A DNA stretch of 64,000 bases from an uncultured Chloroflexia bacterium (lineage in GTDB: Bacteria; Chloroflexota; Limnocylindria; Limnocylindrales; CSP1-4). The stretch's first letter is position 1; every line of letters begins with the position of its first letter. The notes beneath the pieces were generated by a model. The model was not told where the DNA came from. It searched no databases and saw only the letters and a list, made by a program, of their open reading frames with translations. Position numbers and translations under genes: made by a program. Location: positions 32,001-96,000 of the forward strand of contig CAVQJC010000004.1 in the NCBI GenBank assembly GCA_963712745.1, written 5' to 3'. Shown one piece after another: positions 19,947 through 28,910 of the stretch.

Positions 19947-20669
19947 CTAGTCGCCGAGAGGCAAGCGCTCCATGAGCACGAGGAACGGTGTCGTCTGCGC
20001 CGACGGCGACTCGATCACGGGCAGGCGCAACCAGGTCTCGCCCGCGGGTCCGCTCTTCCAGCGGGCGTCCAGCCTGCGAGCGGAGATGGCCGGCAGGCCG
20101 AGCGAGGCCACCGCTCGTCCGAGCATCCGTCCCTCGCCCACGATGCCGCGGTTCAGGACGCAGTGATCGGAGTCCTCGAGGGCAGCGGCCAGGCGTCGTC
20201 GTCGTTCCACGAACGGCATCCGCGCTAGCGACTCGCCTTCGAGATAGGGCAGGTCGGTCGCCACGAAGGCGCCTTCGGCAGGCTCGTCGGTGACGGCGCC
20301 GGCTCGCAGGCGCCGTCGCAACAGCCCTTCATCGGGCCGTCCTTCGTGGTCGAGGGCAAGGATCACCCCTTCCACGATCAGGCCGTCCGCCGACAGATGA
20401 GCGCGGAGGGCGGACAGCTCGGGAAAGGCCGAGAGCGGGTCGGCCAGGTGTTCGGTGGCGAGGACCAGGCTGTTTCCTTCACGCCGGATGGAAGCATGGG
20501 CGCCGGGCCACCAGGGCTCGAAGAAGTAGCCCTCATCGTCGAAGGGTCCGTGTCCATCGCTCGGCTCCGGCAGTGCGATGCGCGCGGGCAAGGCCCCATC
20601 CCGGGGGCCTGCCTCGGCCGCGAACGACAGCGGCAGCTGTCCCTCGGCCGCACGGTCCTTGGCCGTCAT
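19947..20669 (-). CDS. ATP-dependent DNA ligase adenylation-domain-like protein, catalytic residues replaced
   Basis: PFDDEGYFFEPWWPG, AFPEL, DLPYLEGESLARMPFVERRRRL, SARRLDARW, WLRL follow the LigD/LigC motif order; GAGGGGGA before ATG 20669. Confidence 0.75.
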   Translation of the reverse strand: MTAKDRAAEGQLPLSFAAEAGPRDGALPARIALPEPSDGHGPFDDEGYFFEPWWPGAHASIRREGNSLVLATEHLADPLSAFPELSALRAHLSADGLIVEGVILALDHEGRPDEGLLRRRLRAGAVTDEPAEGAFVATDLPYLEGESLARMPFVERRRRLAAALEDSDHCVLNRGIVGEGRMLGRAVASLGLPAISARRLDARWKSGPAGETWLRLPVIESPSAQTTPFLVLMERLPLGD

Positions 20670-20700
20670 CGTGGCCGGCTCCCCCTCGGCTGGCTGCGGG

Positions 20701-21651
20701 TCAGGCGGTCTTGCGGCGCGCTGCCGGGGCGGCCGTCTTGGACTTCGAGCGGGACTTGGACCCGCTGGTGGCCTTGGCCTTGGTGGCCCTGGGCTGGCGC
20801 GCACGGGCCTTGCGCGCCTTCTCCACCGACACCGGCTCCCCGGCCTTCGTCGCGGGAGCGCCGACCCCTTCCGCCCGGGCGGCGGCCACGCTGGCTTCGA
20901 GCACGGCCATGAGGTCCGTGAGCCTGCTGGTCTCGGGTTCCGGTGCCGGCGCCTCCACTGGCTGGCCGGCGACCTTGCTGTCGATGACCTTGAGCAGCGC
21001 CTCGCGGTACTCGTCCTTGTAGCGCCCGGCGTCGAACTCGCCGGTAAGCGCGTCTACCAGTTGGCGGGCCATCTCGAGCTCGGCCGGCTTGAAGTCGGCT
21101 TCCCCTTGGGGGATGTCCAGGTCGGCAGTGTCCCGCACCTCGTCAGGCCAATAGAGCGTCGACAGCAGCATGGTGGGGCCGAACGGGTCGAGGGCCGCCA
21201 GCTGCTCCCTGTCCTTGAGCACGATCTTGCATACCGCCTGCAGCTGGCTGTCAGCCAGCACGCTCTTGAGCAGGGCGAAGGCCTTGCGTCCGACCGGTTC
21301 AGGCTCGAGGTAGTAGGACTGCTTGACGAAGCGCCCCCCGGCGTCCTCGCGGCGCGCCGGCACGAACTGCTCGATCTCGATGGAGCGGACGGTCTTGAGT
21401 GGCACGGCTTCGAAGTCGCTCTCCTCGAGGACGACGTACTGGCCCTTGGACCACTCGTAGCCGCGCACCGTGTCGGAGCGCTTGATCTCGCCGTGGTCGG
21501 GACAATGCACCTTCATCCCGATGCGCTTGAGGTCCTCGGCGTGAAGCATGTTGAAGGAGAGGCCCCCACGCGACTCGGTCGCGAGGTAGAGCCGGACGGG
21601 GATGGTGACGAGGCCGAACTGGATGGCGCCGCGCCACATCGCGCGTGGCAT
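20701..21651 (-). CDS. ku: Ku protein (NHEJ)
   Basis: MWRGAIQFGLVTIPVRLY, VRGYE, YYLEP, TLYWPDEVR, YKDEYREAL, DLMAVLEASV; basic C-terminal tail. Confidence 0.97.
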   Translation of the reverse strand: MPRAMWRGAIQFGLVTIPVRLYLATESRGGLSFNMLHAEDLKRIGMKVHCPDHGEIKRSDTVRGYEWSKGQYVVLEESDFEAVPLKTVRSIEIEQFVPARREDAGGRFVKQSYYLEPEPVGRKAFALLKSVLADSQLQAVCKIVLKDREQLAALDPFGPTMLLSTLYWPDEVRDTADLDIPQGEADFKPAELEMARQLVDALTGEFDAGRYKDEYREALLKVIDSKVAGQPVEAPAPEPETSRLTDLMAVLEASVAAARAEGVGAPATKAGEPVSVEKARKARARQPRATKAKATSGSKSRSKSKTAAPAARRKTA

Positions 21652-21780
21652 GTGCGTACTCCTTGCGGTGCGGACGAGCGGCGTCCGCCAGGGGCGAAAG
21701 CATAGCGCCGCGCTCGGGGTATGCCTAGCCGCCCCCCCACAGCGGGGTCGAGCGCCGAGGAACGGTATCCTCGCTCGACG

Positions 21781-22554
21781 ATGAGAAGGTTCGCCGTTTG
21801 GCCGCTGGTCGCCGCCCTGGCCGCGGGTGCGTGCGCCGCGGACGGTCCTGCCGCGCCCTCCCCGGATGCCTCGGCCAGGTCTGCGACCACTGCCGTGGAG
21901 GAGCCGGTCGACGGGACCAGTGCCAGTTACGAGGAGCGAGGCGAACCGCTGCGGATAGTGACCCTCGGAGACGCCTACACCCGAGGCACCGACACCGCCG
22001 CCCCGCGTCGCGACAGCTGGCCATCGCAGCTGGTCGAGTCGCTCGAGCGCAGCGGTCTGTCACTGTGGCTGTGGAACCTCGCGGAGCCCAGCCACACGAG
22101 CAGTCAGCTCATCGAGGAGCAACTGGGCCAGGTCGCCTCGCTCGAGCCGGACGTGGTCACGCTGCAGGTCGGCGTCAACGACATCATCGCGCACGAGACC
22201 GACTGGTACCACGACAACGTCGAGATCATCCTCGATGAGTTGCTGGCGATCCTGGGGCCCGACCGGATCTTCGCGGTCACCACGCCTGACCACACGTTGA
22301 CCGAGTGGGGCGACGCCTTTGGCCCGCGCGAGGACGGCAGTGTGGCCGTGGCCGAACTGAACGCCACCTTGGCCGAGGTCGCCGCCGCGCGTGATATCGA
22401 GGTCGTCGACATCGGCCAGGTCAACGACCTCGCCCTGGCCGACCGGAGCCTCGTGGTCGGGGATGGGCCGTACCCCACCGCCAAGCAGTACGCGGGCTGG
22501 GTAGAGGTCATCGGCCCCCGCGTCTACCAGGCTCTCGTCGCGATCGGGAGGTAG
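21781..22554 (+). CDS. SGNH/GDSL-fold lipoprotein lacking catalytic Ser and His
   Basis: Lipobox-like LAAGAC; block I LGDAYT, block III VGVND, block V GDGPYPT. Confidence 0.8.
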   Translation: MRRFAVWPLVAALAAGACAADGPAAPSPDASARSATTAVEEPVDGTSASYEERGEPLRIVTLGDAYTRGTDTAAPRRDSWPSQLVESLERSGLSLWLWNLAEPSHTSSQLIEEQLGQVASLEPDVVTLQVGVNDIIAHETDWYHDNVEIILDELLAILGPDRIFAVTTPDHTLTEWGDAFGPREDGSVAVAELNATLAEVAAARDIEVVDIGQVNDLALADRSLVVGDGPYPTAKQYAGWVEVIGPRVYQALVAIGR

Positions 22555-22565
22555 TACGCTTGGCG

Positions 22566-22625
22566 CCTCTTGCGAACCCGGTCCCGTGAGGCCGGGATCC
22601 CGGTCCGGTGAGGCCAGCAAGGAGG
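22566..22625 (+). promoter_or_regulatory. PyrR-binding-type RNA leader (two loops) overlapping the carA RBS
   Basis: GGTCCCGTGAGGCC (22580) and GGTCCGGTGAGGCC (22602) match the PyrR loop core UCCNGNGAGGY; CCTCTTGC can pair with GCAAGGAGG. Confidence 0.7.
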
Positions 22626-22636
22626 ATGCCCGAGCC

Positions 22637-23812
22637 ATGACTCGCGAGGCGCTGCAGCCGGCGCCGACGTTGCCGCTCCCCGCCGACGCCGTCGTCGATC
22701 CCCGCATCGGCAGCAGCGGCCCCTGCCTGCTGGCGTTGGAGGACGGGGCGATCTTCCGGGGGGTGGCCTTCGGAGCCACCCGTTCGGGTGGAGGCGACCT
22801 CGTGGTCAACACCTCCCAGACGGGCTACCAGGAGGTTTGCACCGACCCCAGCTACGCGGGTCAGGTGGTGGTCATGACCTTCCCGCTCATCGGCAACCAC
22901 GGCCGCTTCGCGGATGACGATCAGTCGGAACGCCCCTGGCTGAACGGACTCGTGGTGGGCCACGCCACCGCGGGTGTGCTGGGCCGGGCGCGCCAGATCG
23001 TGCATCTGCTGCGTTCCGAGGGCGTCCCCGCCATCGCCGGGCTCGACACGCGCACGCTGGCGCGGCACCTGCGCGAGAGTGGCTCCCTGCGCGGGGTCAT
23101 CACCGCCCCCGGCGAGACCGACCCCGATGCAGCCGTGGCCGCGGCTCGGGCGGTGCCGGCCTGGGAGGCCCAGGACTTCGTCTCGAAGGTGTCGGCCGCC
23201 GCGCCCTACGAGGTCGGCGACCGCGGGCCCGTGGTGACGGTGGTGGACCTCGGCCTCAAGACGAGTATCGTGCGCTCCCTCCGCCGACGGGGTGCGCGCG
23301 TCCGCGTATTGCCCCATACCGCGGGCGCCGAGCTGGTCCTTGCCCCCGACGTGGATGGGGTCGTCATCTCGCCCGGCCCGGGCGACCCCGGCATGCTCGA
23401 CGAGCAGGTAGCCCTGGCGCGCGCCATCGTGGCTGACGGCCGGCCGCTGCTGGGCATCTGTCTGGGCCACCAGATCGTCGGGCGCGCGGCCGGGGCCAAC
23501 ACGCGGCGCCTGCGTTTCGGGCACCACGCCGCCAACCATCCCGTCCGCGACGAGACGTCTGGCCGGGTGATGGTGACGGCGCAGAACCACGAGGTCGAAG
23601 TCGTGGGCGAGTCCCTGCCCGGGGCGTCCGGCTTCTACGTCAGCCAGCGCAACCTCAACGACGGCACGGTGGAGGGGCTGCGCCACCACTCGCTGCCGAT
23701 CGAGACGGTGCAGTACCACCCCGAGGGCTCTCCCGGGCCGCTCGATGCGGCCGAGGTCTTCGACCGCTTCCTGGGTCACGTGCGTGCCTACGCCAGTCTG
23801 ACGCACCCGTGA
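22637..23812 (+). CDS. carA: Carbamoyl-phosphate synthase small subunit
   Basis: TGYQEVCTDPSY, SPGPGDP, GICLGHQ, QNH, QYHPE. Confidence 0.97.
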   Translation: MTREALQPAPTLPLPADAVVDPRIGSSGPCLLALEDGAIFRGVAFGATRSGGGDLVVNTSQTGYQEVCTDPSYAGQVVVMTFPLIGNHGRFADDDQSERPWLNGLVVGHATAGVLGRARQIVHLLRSEGVPAIAGLDTRTLARHLRESGSLRGVITAPGETDPDAAVAAARAVPAWEAQDFVSKVSAAAPYEVGDRGPVVTVVDLGLKTSIVRSLRRRGARVRVLPHTAGAELVLAPDVDGVVISPGPGDPGMLDEQVALARAIVADGRPLLGICLGHQIVGRAAGANTRRLRFGHHAANHPVRDETSGRVMVTAQNHEVEVVGESLPGASGFYVSQRNLNDGTVEGLRHHSLPIETVQYHPEGSPGPLDAAEVFDRFLGHVRAYASLTHP

Positions 23813-26800
23813 CCGCCCAGGTCCGCTCGGTCCTCATCATCGGCTCTGGCCCGGTCGTCATCGGCCAGGCCGCGGAGTTCGACTACGCCGGCACACAGGC
23901 CTGCCGGGCGCTCCGCGAGGAGGGCATCCGCACCATCCTGCTCAACTCCAACCCGGCCACCATCATGACCGATCCCGGCGTGGCCGACGTGGTCTATCTG
24001 GAGCCACTGACCGTGGCCTCCGTAGAACGGATCCTCGAGATCGAGCGGCCGGACGGTATCCTGGCGGGCCTCGGCGGTCAGACCGGGCTGAACCTGGCCA
24101 TGGACGTGGCGCGGGCAGGCGTGCTCGAGCGCACGGGCGTCCGGCTGCTGGGCACCCCCATCGAGGCCATCGAGATGGCCGAGGACCGCGAGCGCTTCCG
24201 CGATCTGCTCGACTCCATCGGCCAGCCCTATGCGCCGTCGGTCATCATCGAGGGTGGTACCGAGCAGGAACGGACGGCCGGACTCGAGCGCGCCTTCGGT
24301 GATATCGGCCTGCCGGCCATCGTCCGGCCCGCTTTCACGCTCGGCGGCACCGGCGGTGGCATCGTCGACACTCGCGAGACGTTCGAGGAACGCGTGCGGG
24401 CCGGCCTGCGCCTGAGTCCTATCGGCCAGGTCATGGTCGAGCGCTACCTCACCGGCTGGCAGGAGATCGAGTACGAGGTCATGCGTGATGGGGCCGACAC
24501 CTGCATCGCGGTGTGCTCGATGGAGAACGTCGACCCGCTCGGCGTGCACACTGGCGACTCGGCGGTGGTGGCGCCGGTACAGACCCTGCCCGATCCGGTG
24601 CATCAGCGGCTGCGCACAGCGGCGCTCGACATCATCCGCGCGCTCGGCGTCGAGGGCGGCTGCAACGTCCAGTTCGCCCTGTCCCCCGATTCGACCGACT
24701 ACGCGGTCATCGAGGTCAACCCGCGCGTGAGCCGCTCGTCGGCGCTGGCCTCGAAGGCCACCGGCTACCCCATCGCCCGGGTGGCCGCCCAGATCGCGAT
24801 CGGGCGGCGCCTTGACGAGATCCCCAATGCCATCACCGGCACGACCGTGGCTGCCTTCGAGCCCGCTCTCGACTACGTGGTCGTGAAGCTGCCGCGATTC
24901 CCGTTCGACAAGTTCCCCGGCGCCGACCGCGGGCTGGGATCGCAGATGAAGGCGACCGGTGAGGTCATGGCCATCGAGCGTACCTTCGGCGCGGCCCTCA
25001 ACAAGGCCCTGCGTGGTCTCGAGCAAGCCGGAGCCGGCTTCCTCGCCGAGGATCCAGCCTGGTGGCCGACGCTGGAGGTGCTGGCCGGCTGGGCGGCCGG
25101 CGGTCGTGGCGAGCACGCCCCCATCCCCGAGGCGCCCATGAGCCAGGTCGAAGCGTTCGCCGACGTGCTCATGGACGACGATGGGCTCATCGTGAGGCGA
25201 GGGGAGGGAGCCGTACCCGCCTCGCGGGCCACGCTCCTGACCCGCTTCCTGCGCCCCTCCGACTCGCGCCTGTGGCGACTCCTCGCGCTGCTGAGGCGAG
25301 GGGTGCCCGCGGCGGACCTGCAACGGATCACGGGCATGGCGCCCTGGTTCCTGTCCGAGATGGAGCGGCTGGCCGAGCTCGAGCATCGCCTGCGGGTCGA
25401 GGGTCCGGCCGTGACCGACGAACTGCTCGTGCTGGCCAAGCGCGCCTGTTTCAGCGACCATGACATCGCGGCCGTCAGCGGCATCCCCGCGCGGGAGGTC
25501 AGGGCCAGGCGGCATGCCCTGGGCTTGCGACCCGGCTTCGCCATGGTCGACACCTGTGCCGCCGAGTTCGCCGCCGAGACGCCCTACTTCTACGCTACCT
25601 ACGCGGCGGCCGGCTCCGAGCCTGAGGCTGCCCCGGTGGAGCGCCCGGCCGCGCTCGTCATCGGCTCCGGTCCCGTGCGTATCGGCCAGGGCATCGAGTT
25701 CGACTATTGCGCGGTGAAGGCGGCACAGACCTTGCGCGAGGACGGTGCCTCGGCGGTGATGATCAACTCCAACCCCGAGACCGTCTCGACCGACTTCGAC
25801 GCCTCCTCGCGGCTCTACTTCGAGCCGCTCGACGAGGAGAGCGTGATGGAGGTCATCGACGCCGAGACCCGCGACGGCGAGGAGCGGCTTCCGGCCCTGA
25901 TCCAGTTCGGTGGCCAGACCCCGCTCAACCTGGCGGTCGCGCTCGAGGAAGGCGGCGTGCCCCTGCCGGGCATCGACGTCGACGCCATCGACCGGACCGA
26001 GGAAAGGACCCGCTTCGCGGGCATGATCGAGGCGCTGGGCATCCCGCAGCCGCGGGGCGGGATGGCCACCTCGCTCGACGAGGCCCTGGCCGTGGCCGAG
26101 GAGATCGGCTATCCGGTACTGGTGCGGCCGAGCTTCGTCATCGGGGGGCTGGCCATCGACTTCTGCTACGGGCCCGACGACCTGGCGCGCCAGCTGGCCG
26201 CAGCCACCGTCATCACCGCGGACCGTCCGGTGCGCATCGACGCCTACCTCGAAGGCCTGGAGGTCGATGTCGACGCGGTCACCGACGGTACCGACGTGCT
26301 CATCCCCGGACTCATGGAGCACGTCGAGCGCGCCGGCGTGCACTCCGGCGACAGCACCGCCTTCTTCCCGCCGCAGCAGCTCTCGGCGGCCGATCAGGGA
26401 CTCATCGTGGGATCCATGCGCCGGGTCTGCCTGGAGATGGGCGTGCGCGGCCTGGTCAACGCCCAGTTCATCGTGCGTGAAGACGGCGTCTACATCCTCG
26501 AGGTCAATCCCCGAGCCAGCCGCACGGTGCCCTTCCTGTCCAAGGTGACCGGCGTGCCGATGGTGGCCCTGGCCACGCGCGTCGGCGGCGGGGCCACCCT
26601 GCGGGAGCTGGGCTGGCCCGACGGCCTGCTGCCAGAGCCGCCCTTCGTGGCCGTGAAGGCCCCGGTGTTCTCGACGGCCAAGTTGCGCGGAGTCGATCCC
26701 TCGCTGGGGCCGGGCATGCAGTCGACCGGCGAAGTCATCGGCCTGCATGACGATGCTCGTGTGGCCCTGGCCAAGTCGCTGCTCTCGGCTGCGCTCCATC

Positions 26801-27249
26801 CGCCGCTGCCCGGGCCCGAGGGAGCGGAAGTGGTCATCTCTGTGGCGCCGCGCGATGTCGGGCGCATAGGCGAGCTAGCCGGCGCGCTGGCCTCCGCCGG
26901 CTACCATTTCACGGCCACACCCGGCACCGCTGCTGCCCTCCGCGAACACGGCCACGAGGTGCGCGAGGTGGCCATGGCCGGCGACGACCAGGCCGATCTT
27001 CCGGGCATCCTCGATGTCATCGCCGGGGGTGGCGTCTCGCTCATCGTGAACACGCCCATGCCGCGCTCCGGCGCCGTGCTCGACGCGGCGGCCGTGCGTC
27101 ACGCGGCCATCGCCGAGGGCGTGCTCTGCATGACCACCATGGAAACTGCCATCGCAGCGGCTCACGCGCTGGAGCCGGCGGCGCAGACACGCATCGGCGA
27201 TGTGCGCTCGCTCGAGTCGTGGCTCCTTCGCGGTCGCGGGCATGGCTGA
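23809..27249 (+). CDS. carB: Carbamoyl-phosphate synthase large subunit
   Basis: GSGPVVIGQAAEFDY, NSNPATIMTD, HTGDS, EVNPRVSRSS, second ATP-grasp (GIEFDYC, HSGDS), MGS-like C-terminus. Confidence 0.98.
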   Translation: MTAQVRSVLIIGSGPVVIGQAAEFDYAGTQACRALREEGIRTILLNSNPATIMTDPGVADVVYLEPLTVASVERILEIERPDGILAGLGGQTGLNLAMDVARAGVLERTGVRLLGTPIEAIEMAEDRERFRDLLDSIGQPYAPSVIIEGGTEQERTAGLERAFGDIGLPAIVRPAFTLGGTGGGIVDTRETFEERVRAGLRLSPIGQVMVERYLTGWQEIEYEVMRDGADTCIAVCSMENVDPLGVHTGDSAVVAPVQTLPDPVHQRLRTAALDIIRALGVEGGCNVQFALSPDSTDYAVIEVNPRVSRSSALASKATGYPIARVAAQIAIGRRLDEIPNAITGTTVAAFEPALDYVVVKLPRFPFDKFPGADRGLGSQMKATGEVMAIERTFGAALNKALRGLEQAGAGFLAEDPAWWPTLEVLAGWAAGGRGEHAPIPEAPMSQVEAFADVLMDDDGLIVRRGEGAVPASRATLLTRFLRPSDSRLWRLLALLRRGVPAADLQRITGMAPWFLSEMERLAELEHRLRVEGPAVTDELLVLAKRACFSDHDIAAVSGIPAREVRARRHALGLRPGFAMVDTCAAEFAAETPYFYATYAAAGSEPEAAPVERPAALVIGSGPVRIGQGIEFDYCAVKAAQTLREDGASAVMINSNPETVSTDFDASSRLYFEPLDEESVMEVIDAETRDGEERLPALIQFGGQTPLNLAVALEEGGVPLPGIDVDAIDRTEERTRFAGMIEALGIPQPRGGMATSLDEALAVAEEIGYPVLVRPSFVIGGLAIDFCYGPDDLARQLAAATVITADRPVRIDAYLEGLEVDVDAVTDGTDVLIPGLMEHVERAGVHSGDSTAFFPPQQLSAADQGLIVGSMRRVCLEMGVRGLVNAQFIVREDGVYILEVNPRASRTVPFLSKVTGVPMVALATRVGGGATLRELGWPDGLLPEPPFVAVKAPVFSTAKLRGVDPSLGPGMQSTGEVIGLHDDARVALAKSLLSAALHPPLPGPEGAEVVISVAPRDVGRIGELAGALASAGYHFTATPGTAAALREHGHEVREVAMAGDDQADLPGILDVIAGGGVSLIVNTPMPRSGAVLDAAAVRHAAIAEGVLCMTTMETAIAAAHALEPAAQTRIGDVRSLESWLLRGRGHG

Positions 27250-27754
27250 CCCGTTCGTCGACGGCCTGCCCGACGACGCGCTCGTTCTGCTGGTCGGTCC
27301 CGCGGGCGCGGGCAAGTCGACGTGGGCGGGAGCACGGTTCGCGCCCGCGGCCGTGCTCTCAGCGGATGCGTTCCGAACACTCGTGGCTGGCGACGCCTCC
27401 GACCAGTCGGCCACGTCCGATGCCTTCAAGGTCCTGCACACCGTGGCGTGGGCTCGCCTCCGGCGCGGCCTGCTGACGGTGGCCGACGCCACCAATCTGA
27501 CCGCGGGGGCGCGGCGCTCGCTGCGGCGCATGGCGGGGGAGGCTGGGCGCCCGACGGTCGTGGTCGTCTTCGACATCTCGCTCGACCGGTGCCTGCAGCA
27601 GAACGCCGCTCGCCCAGGACGCTCGGTGCCCGAGGCCGTCGTGCGGCGGCATCGAGAGGCGCTGCCGGATGTCCTGGCGCGCCTGCCCCGCGAAGGATAT
27701 GCCGCCATCCTGCACCTCCGAGACGCCGACATGGACGGGACCCCGCTATGGTGA
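27242..27754 (+). CDS. Stand-alone polynucleotide-kinase-like P-loop protein (AAA_33, Pnkp kinase module)
   Basis: GPAGAGKST, LSADAFR, DQSAT.DAF.VLH, RLRRGLLTVADATN, REGY. Confidence 0.85.
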   Translation: MADPFVDGLPDDALVLLVGPAGAGKSTWAGARFAPAAVLSADAFRTLVAGDASDQSATSDAFKVLHTVAWARLRRGLLTVADATNLTAGARRSLRRMAGEAGRPTVVVVFDISLDRCLQQNAARPGRSVPEAVVRRHREALPDVLARLPREGYAAILHLRDADMDGTPLW

Positions 27755-27800
27755 GCCGCAGCCTGGTCCGCAGTGCGCGAGGCAAGTCGGAGGTGCGAAT

Positions 27801-28847
27801 GTGGTGATCGAGATCCGTGATGCACTGGGCGACCTTAGCGCCGTCGGCATCATCATCATCGCGGTGCTCATCGGCCTGGCCATCCACTGGGTGGGTTGGC
27901 AAGTCGCGCTCCGTCTCATCCGCCGCACGCCCTCTCGGCTCGATGAGTTCATCGTCCACCGCACGGTCAATGCGATGCGCCTGCTCGTGGTGCTGGCCAC
28001 GGTCCTGCTGTCGACCCTCCTGATGGGCGACGAGGCTGCCGACTGGGTCCGTCGAGCGGTCATCTTCATCGGCATCCTCGGTCTCGGCTGGCTGGCGGTC
28101 TCCCTCACACGCGTGGGCGAGGACATTGCGAGCGAGCGCTTCCCGGACGAGGTCGACGACCTCGAGGCGCGACAGCTCCGCACTCAACTGGCGGTCCTGC
28201 AGCGCTTCGGGTCGATCATCATCTGGCTCATCGCGGTGGCCATCGCTCTGCTGACCATCCCTGGTGTCCAGCCTCTCGCCGCCAGCCTGCTGGCTGGTGC
28301 CGGGGTCGTGGGCATCGTGCTCGGTGTCGCCGCCGGCCCACTCATCGGCAACCTCATCGCCGGCGTCCAGATCGCCTTCACCCAGCCCATCAAGATCGGT
28401 GACGTGGTCGTCATCGAAGGGGAGTGGGGCACCATCGGCGAGATCACCGCGGCCTATGTGGTGGTCTACATCTGGGACAAGCGCCGGCTCATCGTGCCGC
28501 TCTCCGACATCGTCAACAAGCCCGTCGAAAACTGGACGCGGCAGACGACCGACCTGCTCGCGACGGTGAGTCTCCGCCTTGACTACCGCGCGCCCGTCGA
28601 AGCCATCCGTACCGAGTACAAGCGCATCCTCGACGAATCGGGCTTGTGGGACGGGGAGGCCTGGTCCGTGCTGGTGACCGACAACGACGACCGTTCCATG
28701 GTGGTGAGGGCGCTCTTCAGTGCACCCGACTCGGGCAATGCCTGGGACTTGCGCTGCCTCGTGCGTGAGAAGCTCATCGCCTTCCTGCAAGAACAGCATC
28801 CGTACGCGCTGCCGGCGGCGCGCGAGATCCAGTACCAGCCGGAGTAG
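27801..28847 (+). CDS. Small-conductance mechanosensitive channel (MscS family)
   Basis: LLAGAGVVGIVLG, NLIAGVQI..PIKIGDVV..GEWG, VENW; GGAGG RBS. Confidence 0.92.
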   Translation: MVIEIRDALGDLSAVGIIIIAVLIGLAIHWVGWQVALRLIRRTPSRLDEFIVHRTVNAMRLLVVLATVLLSTLLMGDEAADWVRRAVIFIGILGLGWLAVSLTRVGEDIASERFPDEVDDLEARQLRTQLAVLQRFGSIIIWLIAVAIALLTIPGVQPLAASLLAGAGVVGIVLGVAAGPLIGNLIAGVQIAFTQPIKIGDVVVIEGEWGTIGEITAAYVVVYIWDKRRLIVPLSDIVNKPVENWTRQTTDLLATVSLRLDYRAPVEAIRTEYKRILDESGLWDGEAWSVLVTDNDDRSMVVRALFSAPDSGNAWDLRCLVREKLIAFLQEQHPYALPAAREIQYQPE

Positions 28848-28910
28848 GGTTACGTGACCGCTTCCCCGCTAGGATTGGGCGATGCCCATCAACCCCATCG
28901 CGATGCCGTC

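Noticed and set aside
19947-20804. Functional LigD, and the longer ORF start at 20804
   Set aside because: No catalytic Lys, OB-fold, polymerase or phosphoesterase domain; the longer start overlaps ku
18179-21651. Integrative element or prophage at tRNA-Lys
   Set aside because: No integrase or phage genes, and no repeat of the tRNA 3' end noticed
23788-26799. 1003-aa minus-strand ORF, and similar long antisense ORFs at 7359-9098, 41856-43523, 46611-48917 and 61567-63222
   Set aside because: Shadow frames of well-supported genes in high-GC DNA; no recognisable motifs
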